Below the pieces are notes generated by a model, which had not been told where the DNA came from, did no database searches, and was given only the letters and a program-made list of their open reading frames with translations. Of a stretch of 64,000 bases of DNA, positions 27,630-37,068 are shown piece after piece. A program made the translations under genes and the position numbers. The stretch is from Bacillota bacterium (lineage in GTDB: Bacteria > Bacillota > Clostridia > Oscillospirales > Acutalibacteraceae), in assembly GCA_030842085.1 (NCBI GenBank), contig JAUUSE010000004.1:638-64637 (forward strand), in the 5' to 3' direction. Positions within the stretch are counted from its first letter, which is position 1. Each line of letters starts with the position of its first letter.

Positions 27630-28949
27630 TCAGTCGCCGCGCTCGCGTATTATCATTCTTATAGGAGCCCCTTCAAAGCCGTATGTCTCTCGTATGCGGT
27701 TCTCTATATACCGTTTATATGAAAAGTGAAATAAATCCGCCCTGTTGCAGAAAAGCACGAATGTCGGAGGGCAAACCGATGACTGAGTCATATAATATAT
27801 CTTAAGGCGTCTGCCCTTATCAGACGGAGGCTGTACCCTCGACGTAGCGTCGATGAGCAAATCGTTGAGCATACCCGTCGATATTCTCATACTGTTCTGG
27901 TCGGCTACATATTTTATAAGCTCAAACAGGCGATTAACCCGCTCGCCGGTTTTAGCGGAAATAAACACCATTACCGCAAAGGACATAAATGAAAAATCAT
28001 TCATTAGCTTTTTGCGGTAGCTGTCCATCGTTTTGCCGTCCTTTTCTACCGCGTCCCATTTATTAACAGCTATTATGCAGCCCTTGCCGGCGTCCAGCGC
28101 AAGGCCCGCCACCTTAGAATCCTGCTCAGTAAATCCTACCGTCGCATCTATCATTATCACACAGACGTCGCAGCGTTCCACTGCTGCTTTAGTGCGCACA
28201 ATACTGTATTTTTCAATTTTATCGTCTACCTTGCTCTTGCGGCGCAGCCCTGCAGTATCCGTAAAGATAAAGCTGCCGTAATCATTGTCAACACGCATGT
28301 CGACCGAGTCGCGGGTAGTGCCCGCTATGTCGGACACAATAAGCCTGTTTTCTCCCGCTATATAATTAATAAGTGAGGATTTTCCCGCATTAGGCCGGCC
28401 TATAACGGCTACCTTTACAGCGTCGGAATCTTCTGCTTCAGCATCGTCTGCCGGTAAGTAATTATATACCTCGTCCAGCAAATCGCCGGTGCCGTGGCCG
28501 TGCACCGATGACACCTGGACAGGTTCGCCCAGTCCGAGATTATAAAACTCATAAAACTCCGCCGGCGGATTGCCTAAGCTGTCGCACTTATTTACGCACA
28601 GAACTATCGGCTTGCTGCTTTTGCGCAGCATGGCCGCCACGTCCTCGTCTGCCGCCGTTACGCCGGTGCGCAAATCAACCACCATTATTATTACATCCGC
28701 CATGTCAATAGCAAGACTCGCCTGCCTGCGCATCTGCGTCAGTATCTCATCGTCGGAATACGGCTCTATTCCGCCGGTGTCTATCAGCAGTACTTCCCTG
28801 CCGCGCCATTCGCAGTCGGCGTATATCCTGTCGCGCGTGACGCCTGGCGTATCATCGACAATGGACACCCTGCGCCCCACCAGCTTATTAAACAATGTGG
28901 ATTTTCCAACATTCGGGCGCCCGACAACAGCTACTATCGGTTTTCCCAT
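27630..28949 (-). CDS. der: Ribosome-biogenesis GTPase Der (EngA)
   Basis: Two G domains (GRPNVGKST and GRPNAGKSS) and a KH-like C-terminus. Confidence 0.95.
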   Translation of the reverse strand: MGKPIVAVVGRPNVGKSTLFNKLVGRRVSIVDDTPGVTRDRIYADCEWRGREVLLIDTGGIEPYSDDEILTQMRRQASLAIDMADVIIMVVDLRTGVTAADEDVAAMLRKSSKPIVLCVNKCDSLGNPPAEFYEFYNLGLGEPVQVSSVHGHGTGDLLDEVYNYLPADDAEAEDSDAVKVAVIGRPNAGKSSLINYIAGENRLIVSDIAGTTRDSVDMRVDNDYGSFIFTDTAGLRRKSKVDDKIEKYSIVRTKAAVERCDVCVIMIDATVGFTEQDSKVAGLALDAGKGCIIAVNKWDAVEKDGKTMDSYRKKLMNDFSFMSFAVMVFISAKTGERVNRLFELIKYVADQNSMRISTGMLNDLLIDATSRVQPPSDKGRRLKIYYMTQSSVCPPTFVLFCNRADLFHFSYKRYIENRIRETYGFEGAPIRMIIRERGD

Positions 28950-29290
28950 ATATAATCGGCTTTACGCCTTCTTCCTTTCCTTTTTCATCGTGTGATTTTC
29001 GCTATATGCCAAATGCGGCCAAATGGATATTATCGGCAGTTGTAAAGCCGCGCAGCCGGACGCACAAATTACAGCGAGTACGCCGCTATATATCAAAAGC
29101 CGGATATTAAAACTTACATAAATATAATATTTTAGGCGTACGGCACAAACACAAAAAGATATATGCCGTCTAATATATGCGTAGATACGGCTTAATCTGC
29201 GTACATTGCATTAACATTATTTGCAGCGCTCATGCAGCCACATTAATTCAAAAATTTGCGGGCACCAAAGCATGTCTCCATGCCACCGTG

Positions 29291-30601
29291 TTACAACTCT
29301 TCACCGATAAGCGCTGAAAGCAGCTCATATCCGCCGTTGCATGGTACCGCCTTAAGTGGCACATTAAGCGCCGTCTCCACCTCTGATGGAGTTATATCAT
29401 CCAAAAATCTCGCATTTTCGCTGTCCAGCATAGAATCTGATATAAGCAGATATTCACCCAAGTCGGCGCCGCTGAGCTGCTTTATAAGGTCCTGTCCGCA
29501 TATAAGCCCTGTTACGCTTATGCTGCGGCCGAAAAAGTCGTTGTCTATTTTATAAACCTTACACTCTAAATTATGCCATTTATCCTGCGCCATGTCAACA
29601 AGGCACTTTATAATTTTATATGACGCCTCACCCGTCGCTATGCTTATTTTTCTGCTCACTATACTTTCCGGCGCAGTTTTAAGCGCCTGAATAAAATCAT
29701 GCCTTAAAAGAGTACACATACCCACTCCGTTTTCCAGCTGTAAAAAATCGCCGTAATATTCATAGTCCGGAGTGTCGCTCCCGCATATCACATAAAATTC
29801 GTCCGACGGATATATCAGCCGCGTTCCATACTCTTTTTCAAACTTGTCGCCAAAACCGTTTATTATATTCAAAACCTCTTGCGCCGTCTCTTTGCTGTAA
29901 GGCTCAATTTTTTCCAATCTTTCGCGATAAGCAGTAAGTCCCACCGGTACGGCCGCTATGCTCTGCACTGCCGGATAAAGGGAAGCAAGTTTTTCAATGC
30001 TATACACAAGCTCCTCACCGTCATTTATTCCCGGACAAAGCACTATCTGGCAGTTCATCTTTATACCGGCCTTTGCAAACATGTATATATAATTAAGGCA
30101 TTCGCCGGCAAACCTGTTTTTCATCATGCGGACGCGAAGCTCCGGGTTCATAGTGTGCACCGATATATTTATGGGACTTATATGCATCCTGATTATGCGC
30201 TCTACATCCGCCTCGCGCAGGTTTGTAAGCGTAATATAGTTGCCGAAAAGGAAGGACATGCGCTCGTCGTCGTCCTTAACATACAGGCTTTTGCGCAGCC
30301 CTTGCGGCATTTGGTCTATAAAACAGAACATACATTTATTACGGCAGGTGTGCTGCTCGTCCATAAGATATGTTGAAAATATCAGGCCGATATCCTCATA
30401 TTCTGGCTTTTTTATTCGAACATGCCGCTCTTTTCCGCTGCGTGAATATACAATATCCAGTTTTTCGTCGGTTATATAAAACTGATAATCAAGCACGTCG
30501 TTTACTTCGTTCCCATTTATGCTTTCCAATATATCGCCGGAACGCATGCCCTTTTTATACGCAATACCGCCCGCTTCCACATTTTCAATTATTACCGGCA
30601 T
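29291..30601 (-). CDS. DUF512-family radical-SAM-like protein with N-terminal PDZ domain
   Basis: PDZ region (..GGIAYKKGMRSGDILESING..), Cys motif CRNKCMFCF; 436 aa. It is upstream of der, as is common in Clostridia. Confidence 0.8.
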   Translation of the reverse strand: MPVIIENVEAGGIAYKKGMRSGDILESINGNEVNDVLDYQFYITDEKLDIVYSRSGKERHVRIKKPEYEDIGLIFSTYLMDEQHTCRNKCMFCFIDQMPQGLRKSLYVKDDDERMSFLFGNYITLTNLREADVERIIRMHISPINISVHTMNPELRVRMMKNRFAGECLNYIYMFAKAGIKMNCQIVLCPGINDGEELVYSIEKLASLYPAVQSIAAVPVGLTAYRERLEKIEPYSKETAQEVLNIINGFGDKFEKEYGTRLIYPSDEFYVICGSDTPDYEYYGDFLQLENGVGMCTLLRHDFIQALKTAPESIVSRKISIATGEASYKIIKCLVDMAQDKWHNLECKVYKIDNDFFGRSISVTGLICGQDLIKQLSGADLGEYLLISDSMLDSENARFLDDITPSEVETALNVPLKAVPCNGGYELLSALIGEEL

Positions 30602-30668
30602 AATGTTTACCTCAAAAAGTTTATATTAAAAAAACAGAGAAGGAAAAAATCCTCCTCTTTTTTCTTTA

Positions 30669-30854
30669 CTATGCTTCTTTTTTGATAACCTCACGGTTCC
30701 TGTAATATCCACAGGTGCCGCATACGCGGTGCATTAATTTATAATCACCGCAGCGCGGACATCTCACTAGGTTCGGTGCGTCAATCTTCCATACGCTTGA
30801 ACGCCTTTTGTCACGCCTTGTCCTGGATATTCTTCTCTTTGGTACTAATGCCAC
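30669..30854 (-). CDS. rpmF: 50S ribosomal protein L32
   Basis: ..VPKRRISRTRRDKRR..CPRCGDYKLMHRVCGTCGYY.. Confidence 0.9.
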   Translation of the reverse strand: MALVPKRRISRTRRDKRRSSVWKIDAPNLVRCPRCGDYKLMHRVCGTCGYYRNREVIKKEA

Positions 30855-31096
30855 TTTTACGCACCCCCTTATCTGAATTTAAGACAAAAGTCAAATTTAT
30901 CCTTGAATATCTTATTTATTATACAGTTACTATGTCACTGTTGTCAAGTGCTTTTTTGTAATGAAAAAATTTTGCATTATACGCCCGCTGCAAATCATAT
31001 ATCAGAGCGGACAAGCCATTTAATTCGCACTTCTCCGCTCCGATAATCATTTACATCGACGCTTTAAAACAAGCCGCTGCGCATATTGTATGCCGC

Positions 31097-31513
31097 TTAC
31101 AGCTTCTTTGTCAGCTCAAATACCTGCTCCGGCAGGCTGGACTCGTCGCATGAAAGGGTAAATACAAACTCCGCTCCTGATTCCTCCGACACCTTATTGA
31201 GCTTTGTGAAAAAGCCTACAAGCTCTTCATAGTCCCTGCCGCCTATTCTAAATGTCGCATCCACAAACACATGCGTTACATCATAGTTGCCGGCACATAT
31301 GCCCGCTAAAAAGCCATAAAGCGCATCAAAACCGCATATGGAATAATTATCGGTAGCAATAAGTCTTGCCTTGTGGCTGATATCGTATGTGAGCTTTTTC
31401 ACCTTTTCGACGCATACCACATTCCCCTTTGAGGAACTTACCGCCTCGTTTACCAATGATATGAGACGCTTGGTCTTGCCTGAACCCTTGTTGCCGATGA
31501 TAATGGATATCAT
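31097..31513 (-). CDS. Stand-alone mini P-loop protein, 138 aa, function unknown
   Basis: Walker A at the extreme N-terminus (IIIGNKGSGKTKRL) and a possible Walker B (THVFVDA). Confidence 0.5.
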   Translation of the reverse strand: MISIIIGNKGSGKTKRLISLVNEAVSSSKGNVVCVEKVKKLTYDISHKARLIATDNYSICGFDALYGFLAGICAGNYDVTHVFVDATFRIGGRDYEELVGFFTKLNKVSEESGAEFVFTLSCDESSLPEQVFELTKKL

Positions 31514-31574
31514 ATAAATCTCTCCTTTATATAAATTCCGCTTATGCGGTTATTTTTGCTTTTATATAATTTTA

Positions 31575-32915
31575 TCAGCCATTAAGCCTTTTTTCAAGTG
31601 CTTCTCGCTCTGTTTCGTATCCCGGCTTGCCGAGCAGCGCAAACATGTTGCGTTTATATTCCTCTACGCCCGGCTGATTAAACGGATTAACACCCAACAG
31701 ATATGAGCATATTGCGCATGCTTTCTCAAAGAAATATATGAGCCAGCCGAGAGAATGCTCATCGGCGCCCGGCACATCTAAAATAAAGCTCGGTACACCG
31801 CCGTCGGCGTGCGCCAGCAGAGTGCCCTGCATTGCCTTCTGATTTATATAGCCCATGTTCTCGCCGTCAAGGAAATTGAGCCCGTCGCCGTTGTCCTCAT
31901 TCTTCTTTATTGTTATTTCCTTGCCCATGCCCTCAATATTTACAAAAGTCTCAAACATTATGCGCGAGCCCTGCTGAACAAACTGGCCCATTGAATGCAG
32001 GTCGGTCGAATATATGCATGAGGCCGGGAATATGCCCTTATTATCCTTGCCCTCGCTCTCGCCAAAAAGCTGCTTGAACCATTCCGCCATAAGCGCAAAC
32101 CTCGGCTCAAAGCTAACAAGCAGTTCGACCGCTTTATTCTTGCGGTACATAATGCTCCTTGCGGCAGCATAACGATAACAGTCGTTTTTTGATATATCAC
32201 TGTTTTGATACGCTTTGGCGGCATCTCTTGCACCGGCCATAAGTGCGTCTATGTCAGCGCCAGATACAGCTATCGGAAGCAAGCCTACCGCCGTGAGAAC
32301 AGAGTATCTGCCGCCTATCTCGTCTGGTATGACAAAAGACTCATACCCTTCCTTTTCAGCAATCGTTTTAAGCGTGCCGCGACTCTTGTCCGTTACGCAG
32401 TATATGCGCTTTGCCGCTTCCGCCTTGCCGTATCTGTTTTCCATATACTCTTTAAAAATCCTAAACGCAATCGCCGGCTCGGTAGTGGTGCCGGACTTAG
32501 ATATAACACACACGCTTACATCCTTGCCGTCGCACAGCTTGAGCACATTGGCCATCTCGCCGCCGCTTAATGAGTTACCGGCAAAAAATATCTGCGGGGT
32601 GTCCTTGCACATAAGATTGTAGCTCGGCGAATGAATATACTCAATAACTGCGCGTGCGCCCAGATATGAACCGCCTATGCCTATAACAACCAGTACCTGT
32701 GAGTTGCTTCTTATCTTCTCCGCAGATTTCTTTATTCTTTCATATTCTTCCTTGTCATAATTATCCGGCCATGTAAGCCAGCCGGTGAAATCGCTTCCTG
32801 CACCTGTGCCGTTATGGAGCATTTCATGCGCTACATTTACAAACGGCTGAAGTGATGCAAACTCTTCTTCTGAAATTACATCAGCTGCATATTTATAATT
32901 AAATTTTACAGACAT
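31575..32915 (-). CDS. pgi: Glucose-6-phosphate isomerase
   Basis: ..[31 protein letters not shown].. Confidence 0.95.
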   Translation of the reverse strand: MSVKFNYKYAADVISEEEFASLQPFVNVAHEMLHNGTGAGSDFTGWLTWPDNYDKEEYERIKKSAEKIRSNSQVLVVIGIGGSYLGARAVIEYIHSPSYNLMCKDTPQIFFAGNSLSGGEMANVLKLCDGKDVSVCVISKSGTTTEPAIAFRIFKEYMENRYGKAEAAKRIYCVTDKSRGTLKTIAEKEGYESFVIPDEIGGRYSVLTAVGLLPIAVSGADIDALMAGARDAAKAYQNSDISKNDCYRYAAARSIMYRKNKAVELLVSFEPRFALMAEWFKQLFGESEGKDNKGIFPASCIYSTDLHSMGQFVQQGSRIMFETFVNIEGMGKEITIKKNEDNGDGLNFLDGENMGYINQKAMQGTLLAHADGGVPSFILDVPGADEHSLGWLIYFFEKACAICSYLLGVNPFNQPGVEEYKRNMFALLGKPGYETEREALEKRLNG

Positions 32916-33333
32916 TTATCTCTCCCCTTATTTACTATTATTTTACATTAATATCCGATATATTGCAATCATAAAATTATATTAATTTACTGTTAACAAT
33001 TGCCTCCGTTTTAATGCTTTTTACACCATAAGCTGACTGCGGCATAATCTTACTTACATATCGCAAAATATACCGTACTATATCTTTGATAACTGCTTAA
33101 ATATTTTTTCTGCAATGGCAAATACAGCTTAAAAGCATTTCATCCATGCTAAATATGCATTCTATGCACTGGCTTTCTATTGACTTCGCTTCAATTGGCC
33201 AATCCAACCTTTAGATAAGAATAAGAGCGGCAAAAGCCGATTTTTAAGCATCACGGCTGCTTTATTATCCAAATATAAGCAAATGCGCCTATATCTAAAA
33301 TATAGGCGCACGTTATTTTTATAAAGTTGATAT

Positions 33334-34050
33334 TTAAAATTTTATTCTATTCTGATAATCAGTTGGAAGCCCGTCCCTATATAAATGCGAGTCGTTTGAG
33401 AGCTGAAGCATTTTGGGTATTACCGTTCCTGTCCTTGCAGGGAATTCAATCACCGTCATACCCGTATGCCCTGTATCAAAATGAGTGCTAAACTGAGGGT
33501 ATGGAATATCCAACACGCAGCTTAAAAAGGCAAGGCCAAAGCCCTGATGCGCAAAAAGCGCCACACGCTCATTATTTTCAGAAATTGAATTATATGTACT
33601 TTCCTCAAGATTATGCTCATAGCCAAGCGACGCCAAAAATGCGTCTGTCTCTTTCTGTATGCGCTGTTTTCCCTCTTTTAGCCGCGTATTCTCAAGTGCG
33701 GGATGATTATACCAGTTTTTATCGAGCCTGCGGATTTCATCAGATACAAACAAATTTATATATTTTTCCTGCTGAAATACCCACGACATCCCGCCTCTTC
33801 CATTATCGGCGGCGAAGTCCTCCCACGCATGGCTTTCGTTGCACCAATCGAGCAGCACCATCTCCTTTTTCAGCAGCTCGCAGGTTGGGGCCGCCGTCTC
33901 TATAGCGCGGTTGGAGGTGGATGCGTATATTTTATCTATACCGTACTGTGCAAGACGTTTTGCCAGCGCTCCCGCCTGCCTGCGTCCCAGCGGAGTAAGC
34001 TTATCGGGATTGTATATAGGGTCGCCGTGCCTTATGAAAAATAAAAGCAT
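33334..34050 (-). CDS. Histidine phosphatase (phosphoglycerate-mutase-like) family protein
   Basis: RHG motif at the N-terminus (LLFFIRHGDPIY) and a later ..FAHQGFG.. Confidence 0.8.
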   Translation of the reverse strand: MLLFFIRHGDPIYNPDKLTPLGRRQAGALAKRLAQYGIDKIYASTSNRAIETAAPTCELLKKEMVLLDWCNESHAWEDFAADNGRGGMSWVFQQEKYINLFVSDEIRRLDKNWYNHPALENTRLKEGKQRIQKETDAFLASLGYEHNLEESTYNSISENNERVALFAHQGFGLAFLSCVLDIPYPQFSTHFDTGHTGMTVIEFPARTGTVIPKMLQLSNDSHLYRDGLPTDYQNRIKF

Positions 34051-34188
34051 ATGTCTGCCTCGCTTCTTAATTATGTGTGATTGCAGCCTATAAATTGTTC
34101 TAACCTAAAAAGTCAACTTATAAGCTGCCAGGCATATTGTAGCACATTTAGCGTTCATATTAAAGCCATTAACATTAATTATCTATAA

Positions 34189-34578
34189 TCAATATCTAAT
34201 TATGTAATAAATTACGTAAATCCAGTTAAGCAGGCCGTGAAAAATTGCCCAGCCTATTGACTGCCACTTGACATATGAAATTATCATAGCAAGCGCCACG
34301 CCAAATCCTATGCCTTTTTTGCCATGTTCTTTTATCGTCTGATTTGTCACGTTTGTGACGTTTGTTACTCTGCTCTGCTTTTCGCCGTATATCATTTCTT
34401 CCATTGATACGTCGAATATCTGAGATAATTTAAACAATGTATCAATATCAGGACTGGTTTTGCCAGTCTCCCAATTAGACACAGCCTGCCGCGTTACATT
34501 CATTTTTTCTGCGAGATTATCCTGAGTCATGCTTTTCTCCTCGCGAAGCTTTTTTATTGTTTTGCCAATGTTCGCCAT
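34189..34578 (-). CDS. Membrane-anchored XRE-family HTH protein
   Basis: MANIGKTIKKLREEKSMTQDNLAEKMNVTRQAVSNWETGKTSPDIDTL.., a VTNVTNVTN repeat and a C-terminal TM region. The ATG at 34578 follows GGAGGGCGGG. The track ORF extends to 34680. Confidence 0.7.
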   Translation of the reverse strand: MANIGKTIKKLREEKSMTQDNLAEKMNVTRQAVSNWETGKTSPDIDTLFKLSQIFDVSMEEMIYGEKQSRVTNVTNVTNQTIKEHGKKGIGFGVALAMIISYVKWQSIGWAIFHGLLNWIYVIYYIIRY

Positions 34579-34824
34579 ACGCCCGCCCTCCTTTTTGTCT
34601 TTATTATATTTAATATAATTCATAAATGGCAAGCAACAATTCATTGCGTAGCAACGCAATGCATCGTGCAGCCAAGGCAAAGAGTCAAATATGCATAATA
34701 ACAGCGCATAAGAATTAAATTAAACTCATTATTTTATATATAAAATAATTTATAAAAATAATGGAAATTAGACTTGACATAAGCTATTTTTAGTATATAA
34801 TATTTTAAGTAACTTTCAATATTT

Positions 34825-34898
34825 TGCGGAATTGTGTAATGGTAGCACGGCAGACTCTGACTCTGTTTGTGAGGGTTCGAATCCTTCTTCCGCAGCCA
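34825..34898 (+). tRNA. tRNA-Gln (anticodon CUG), CCA encoded
   Basis: TGCGGAATTGTGTAATGGTAGCACGGCAGACTCTGACTCTGTTTGTGAGGGTTCGAATCCTTCTTCCGCAGCCA. It has a U1:A72 acceptor pair typical of bacterial tRNA-Gln, anticodon loop CUCUGAC and a GTTCGAATC T-loop. Confidence 0.9.
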
Positions 34899-34902
34899 GC
34901 GT

Positions 34903-34942
34903 GCCGCTGAATCCAACTTGTTTTGGATTCAGCGGCATTTTT
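34903..34942 (+). terminator. Rho-independent terminator of tRNA-Gln
   Basis: GCCGCTGAATCCaacttgttttGGATTCAGCGGC followed by attttt. Confidence 0.75.
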
Positions 34943-35362
34943 GAATTAGCAGCTTGCGCGGGAACATTATTTTTTCACTGCCATTTACAGCGGTACCTCT
35001 TTTATTATCTTTATATTACATCGCAAGTACTCATTCCTCTGAAGCTTATTTCACTTAAAATGTCTCTCTGCGCTGCACATATATGAAGCTAAAGCATATA
35101 TCTAGCTTTAACTATTGTAAATTCAGCAAAACTATATATTTTACTGTAAATAGAATATAGCCTTATCTATACTATCATAAATAAAGTAAGGCAGTAGATT
35201 GAACAAAAAGGCAAAATTATATTTCATAAGAGCTTTCGTAAGCGCGCATTTGAAATATCATTATAATTTGATTACATATTTTGCATTTTACTGATTTTAT
35301 ATACTAAATTTTATACTGTTAAAATAAAATTAATTTACTTTAATACTTTTTGAGCTTATATT

Positions 35363-35397
35363 AAAAACCGCCAAGTACTAAAATTGTACTTAGCGGT
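35363..35397 (-). terminator. Rho-independent terminator of the XRE repressor gene
   Basis: On the minus strand: CCGCTAAGTACaattttaGTACTTGGCGG followed by ttttt. It overlaps the stop codon. Confidence 0.55.
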
Positions 35398-35624
35398 TAT
35401 CTTTTTTCAAATTCTTTACCGTTTATTAAAAAGTCAATAGAGACGTTAAAATACTTTGACAATGCTTTAAGGGTTTGTATATCGGGATTTCTTTTCCCGT
35501 TTTCATAATAGGAAATAACTTCTCTGCTTATGTTCAAATCCATTGCGACTTTTTGCTGATTAAGATTTCTCTGTCTTCGAATAATACGAAGTCCGATTAA
35601 TCCATTATTTTTGTTTGATATCAT
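35397..35624 (-). CDS. XRE/Cro-CI-family HTH repressor, 75 aa
   Basis: ..LRIIRRQRNLNQQKVAMDLNISREVISYYENGKRNPDIQTLKALSKYFNVSIDFLI.. Confidence 0.8.
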   Translation of the reverse strand: MISNKNNGLIGLRIIRRQRNLNQQKVAMDLNISREVISYYENGKRNPDIQTLKALSKYFNVSIDFLINGKEFEKR

Positions 35625-35643
35625 ACAAACTCCTTAAAATTTC

Positions 35644-35694
35644 TTGACATTATTGTAACAGTCTGTTACAATAAAAATGTAACAATTTGTTACA
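35644..35694 (+). promoter_or_regulatory. Consensus promoter TTGACA-N17-TACAAT overlapped by two palindromic operators (TGTAACA-N-TGTTACA)
   Basis: TTGACA at 35644-35649 and TACAAT at 35667-35672. Palindrome 1 is TTGTAACAgtcTGTTACAA (35653-35671). Palindrome 2 is TGTAACAattTGTTACA (35678-35694). Confidence 0.6.
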
Positions 35695-35726
35695 TAAAAA
35701 TAGTGCTAGTTATAGGAGGTAAAAAT

Positions 35727-36077
35727 ATGGGATTTTTAGACGCGATGAAAGGAGCAAATATGAATTTCGGGACAGTTGACAGCCCGGATTTTACAGCATG
35801 TTATCTAACGCTTAAGGACTTTAAGCAAAATGACAGCCCTTTTATTATTACGGGGGCGCAGGCAGGTAATTATGAATTTAAAAAGAGTGATGTAAAAGAA
35901 TTTAGGGTAGTTGCTTCCGGCGGGGACTGGATAAAATATAAAATGAAATTTGCGGATGGAAAAAGTGCTATTATCCATTCATTTGTTGATACTAAAGCTA
36001 CTGGAAATGGAAGCACCAACAAATCATCAGGCGTAAAAATGGCTCCGCTTGAGCGCTTTTTTGGAGACCTTTTGTAA
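35727..36077 (+). CDS. Hypothetical protein, 116 aa, under the XRE-controlled promoter
   Basis: The ATG at 35727 follows AGGAGG. No recognised family (MGFLDAMKGANMNFGTVDSPDF..GDWIKYKMKFADGKSAIIHSF..). Confidence 0.5.
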   Translation: MGFLDAMKGANMNFGTVDSPDFTACYLTLKDFKQNDSPFIITGAQAGNYEFKKSDVKEFRVVASGGDWIKYKMKFADGKSAIIHSFVDTKATGNGSTNKSSGVKMAPLERFFGDLL

Positions 36078-36096
36078 AAATTTGTATTGCAGTATA

Positions 36097-36127
36097 TCTG
36101 GGCGAGCAAAGCTTGCCCAGATTTTTA
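36097..36127 (+). terminator. Rho-independent terminator
   Basis: TCTGGGCGAGCaaaGCTTGCCCAGA followed by ttttta. Confidence 0.65.
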
Positions 36128-37019
36128 TTATTACCATAATTGAAATCATTATGAATAGTAAATTATAGGGTGCAAGTTATAAAAACATTTTATTATATGC
36201 GAGCATGCGAAATAATGATGAAGCGATCTTCACAAAATGGACGAAAGGCCTTGTAAAAAGAACAGAGAATTTAATCATCCATTTTGTTGATTTTGAAGCT
36301 GATTATATGCTTGCATGATTAACTATTATTAAGTTTGAAAATAATCATTTTATAAAAGATATTTTTACTACACCATTTATTTCATTTTAAAAAATCCCGC
36401 TTTTGCTTAATAATCAACATATAAAAAACTAAAAGCAGACTAAAAATTATAAAGCTCTTAAAGACGTTTGCCGACATCTTAATTTTATTATATTTACAAG
36501 TGGTATATGGAGCTTATTATTGCTGTCCTTGTTTTATTACATATTTAAGTACAAATATCTTTTGGCGCTTGTATGTTTTGGCTTATAAATTTGCCTGTAT
36601 ATTTTTACTGTACAAAGTTATAGCGAAATTTTTTCTCTATTTTACAATACGGCCTATACTGTTTATAAATTGCAGAAAGATTAACACCGCCCGCCGAGGT
36701 CGAAAAGCAAACATTTTTCCGATGCCATGCTGACCGTTTGCGGCTTAAGCGAAAGCAAAGTCAAATCCGATATGAAGCGCGGTTTTCCAAAGCGGCAAAT
36801 GGCATGATACCGGCTCAAGTGTTAAATATCAATAAACACACCGTCAAAGCTTCTGCCTCAAACTGCTTCTATCAGATATCGGCTGGCTATGCTGTTTTTG
36901 CTTCTCTGTTGTACTGTATGCTTGGACTTATAAAGCCGGTTTTTCTGCAAAAGCCCCTCCGATAAAGCTTAATTTGCCTATCACTCAATTATACTGGCGG
37001 CTTGTTTTGCTTAAGTAGA

Positions 37020-37055
37020 AAATAATAGAGCAGATGATTTTTCGTCATCTGCTCT
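37020..37055 (-). terminator. Terminator-like hairpin downstream of spoIVA
   Basis: AGAGCAGATGAtttttcgTCATCTGCTCT. On the minus strand it is followed by attatttt. Confidence 0.5.
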
Positions 37056-37068
37056 TTATCTTACATAA

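Noticed and set aside
36500-36965. Two adjacent plus-strand ORFs (77 aa and 75 aa) in the AT-rich segment after tRNA-Gln
   Set aside because: Neither has an RBS. Both have hydrophobic or low-complexity composition typical of AT-rich non-coding DNA, and the first starts with a non-ATG codon. I treat them as decayed or non-coding sequence.
34940-37060. att-site duplication of the tRNA-Gln 3' end, which would delimit an integrated element
   Set aside because: A visual scan for the tRNA 3' segment (..GGTTCGAATCCTTCTTCCGCA) or sub-strings of at least 12 nt found none downstream. The island interpretation therefore stays an inference from composition and gene content only.
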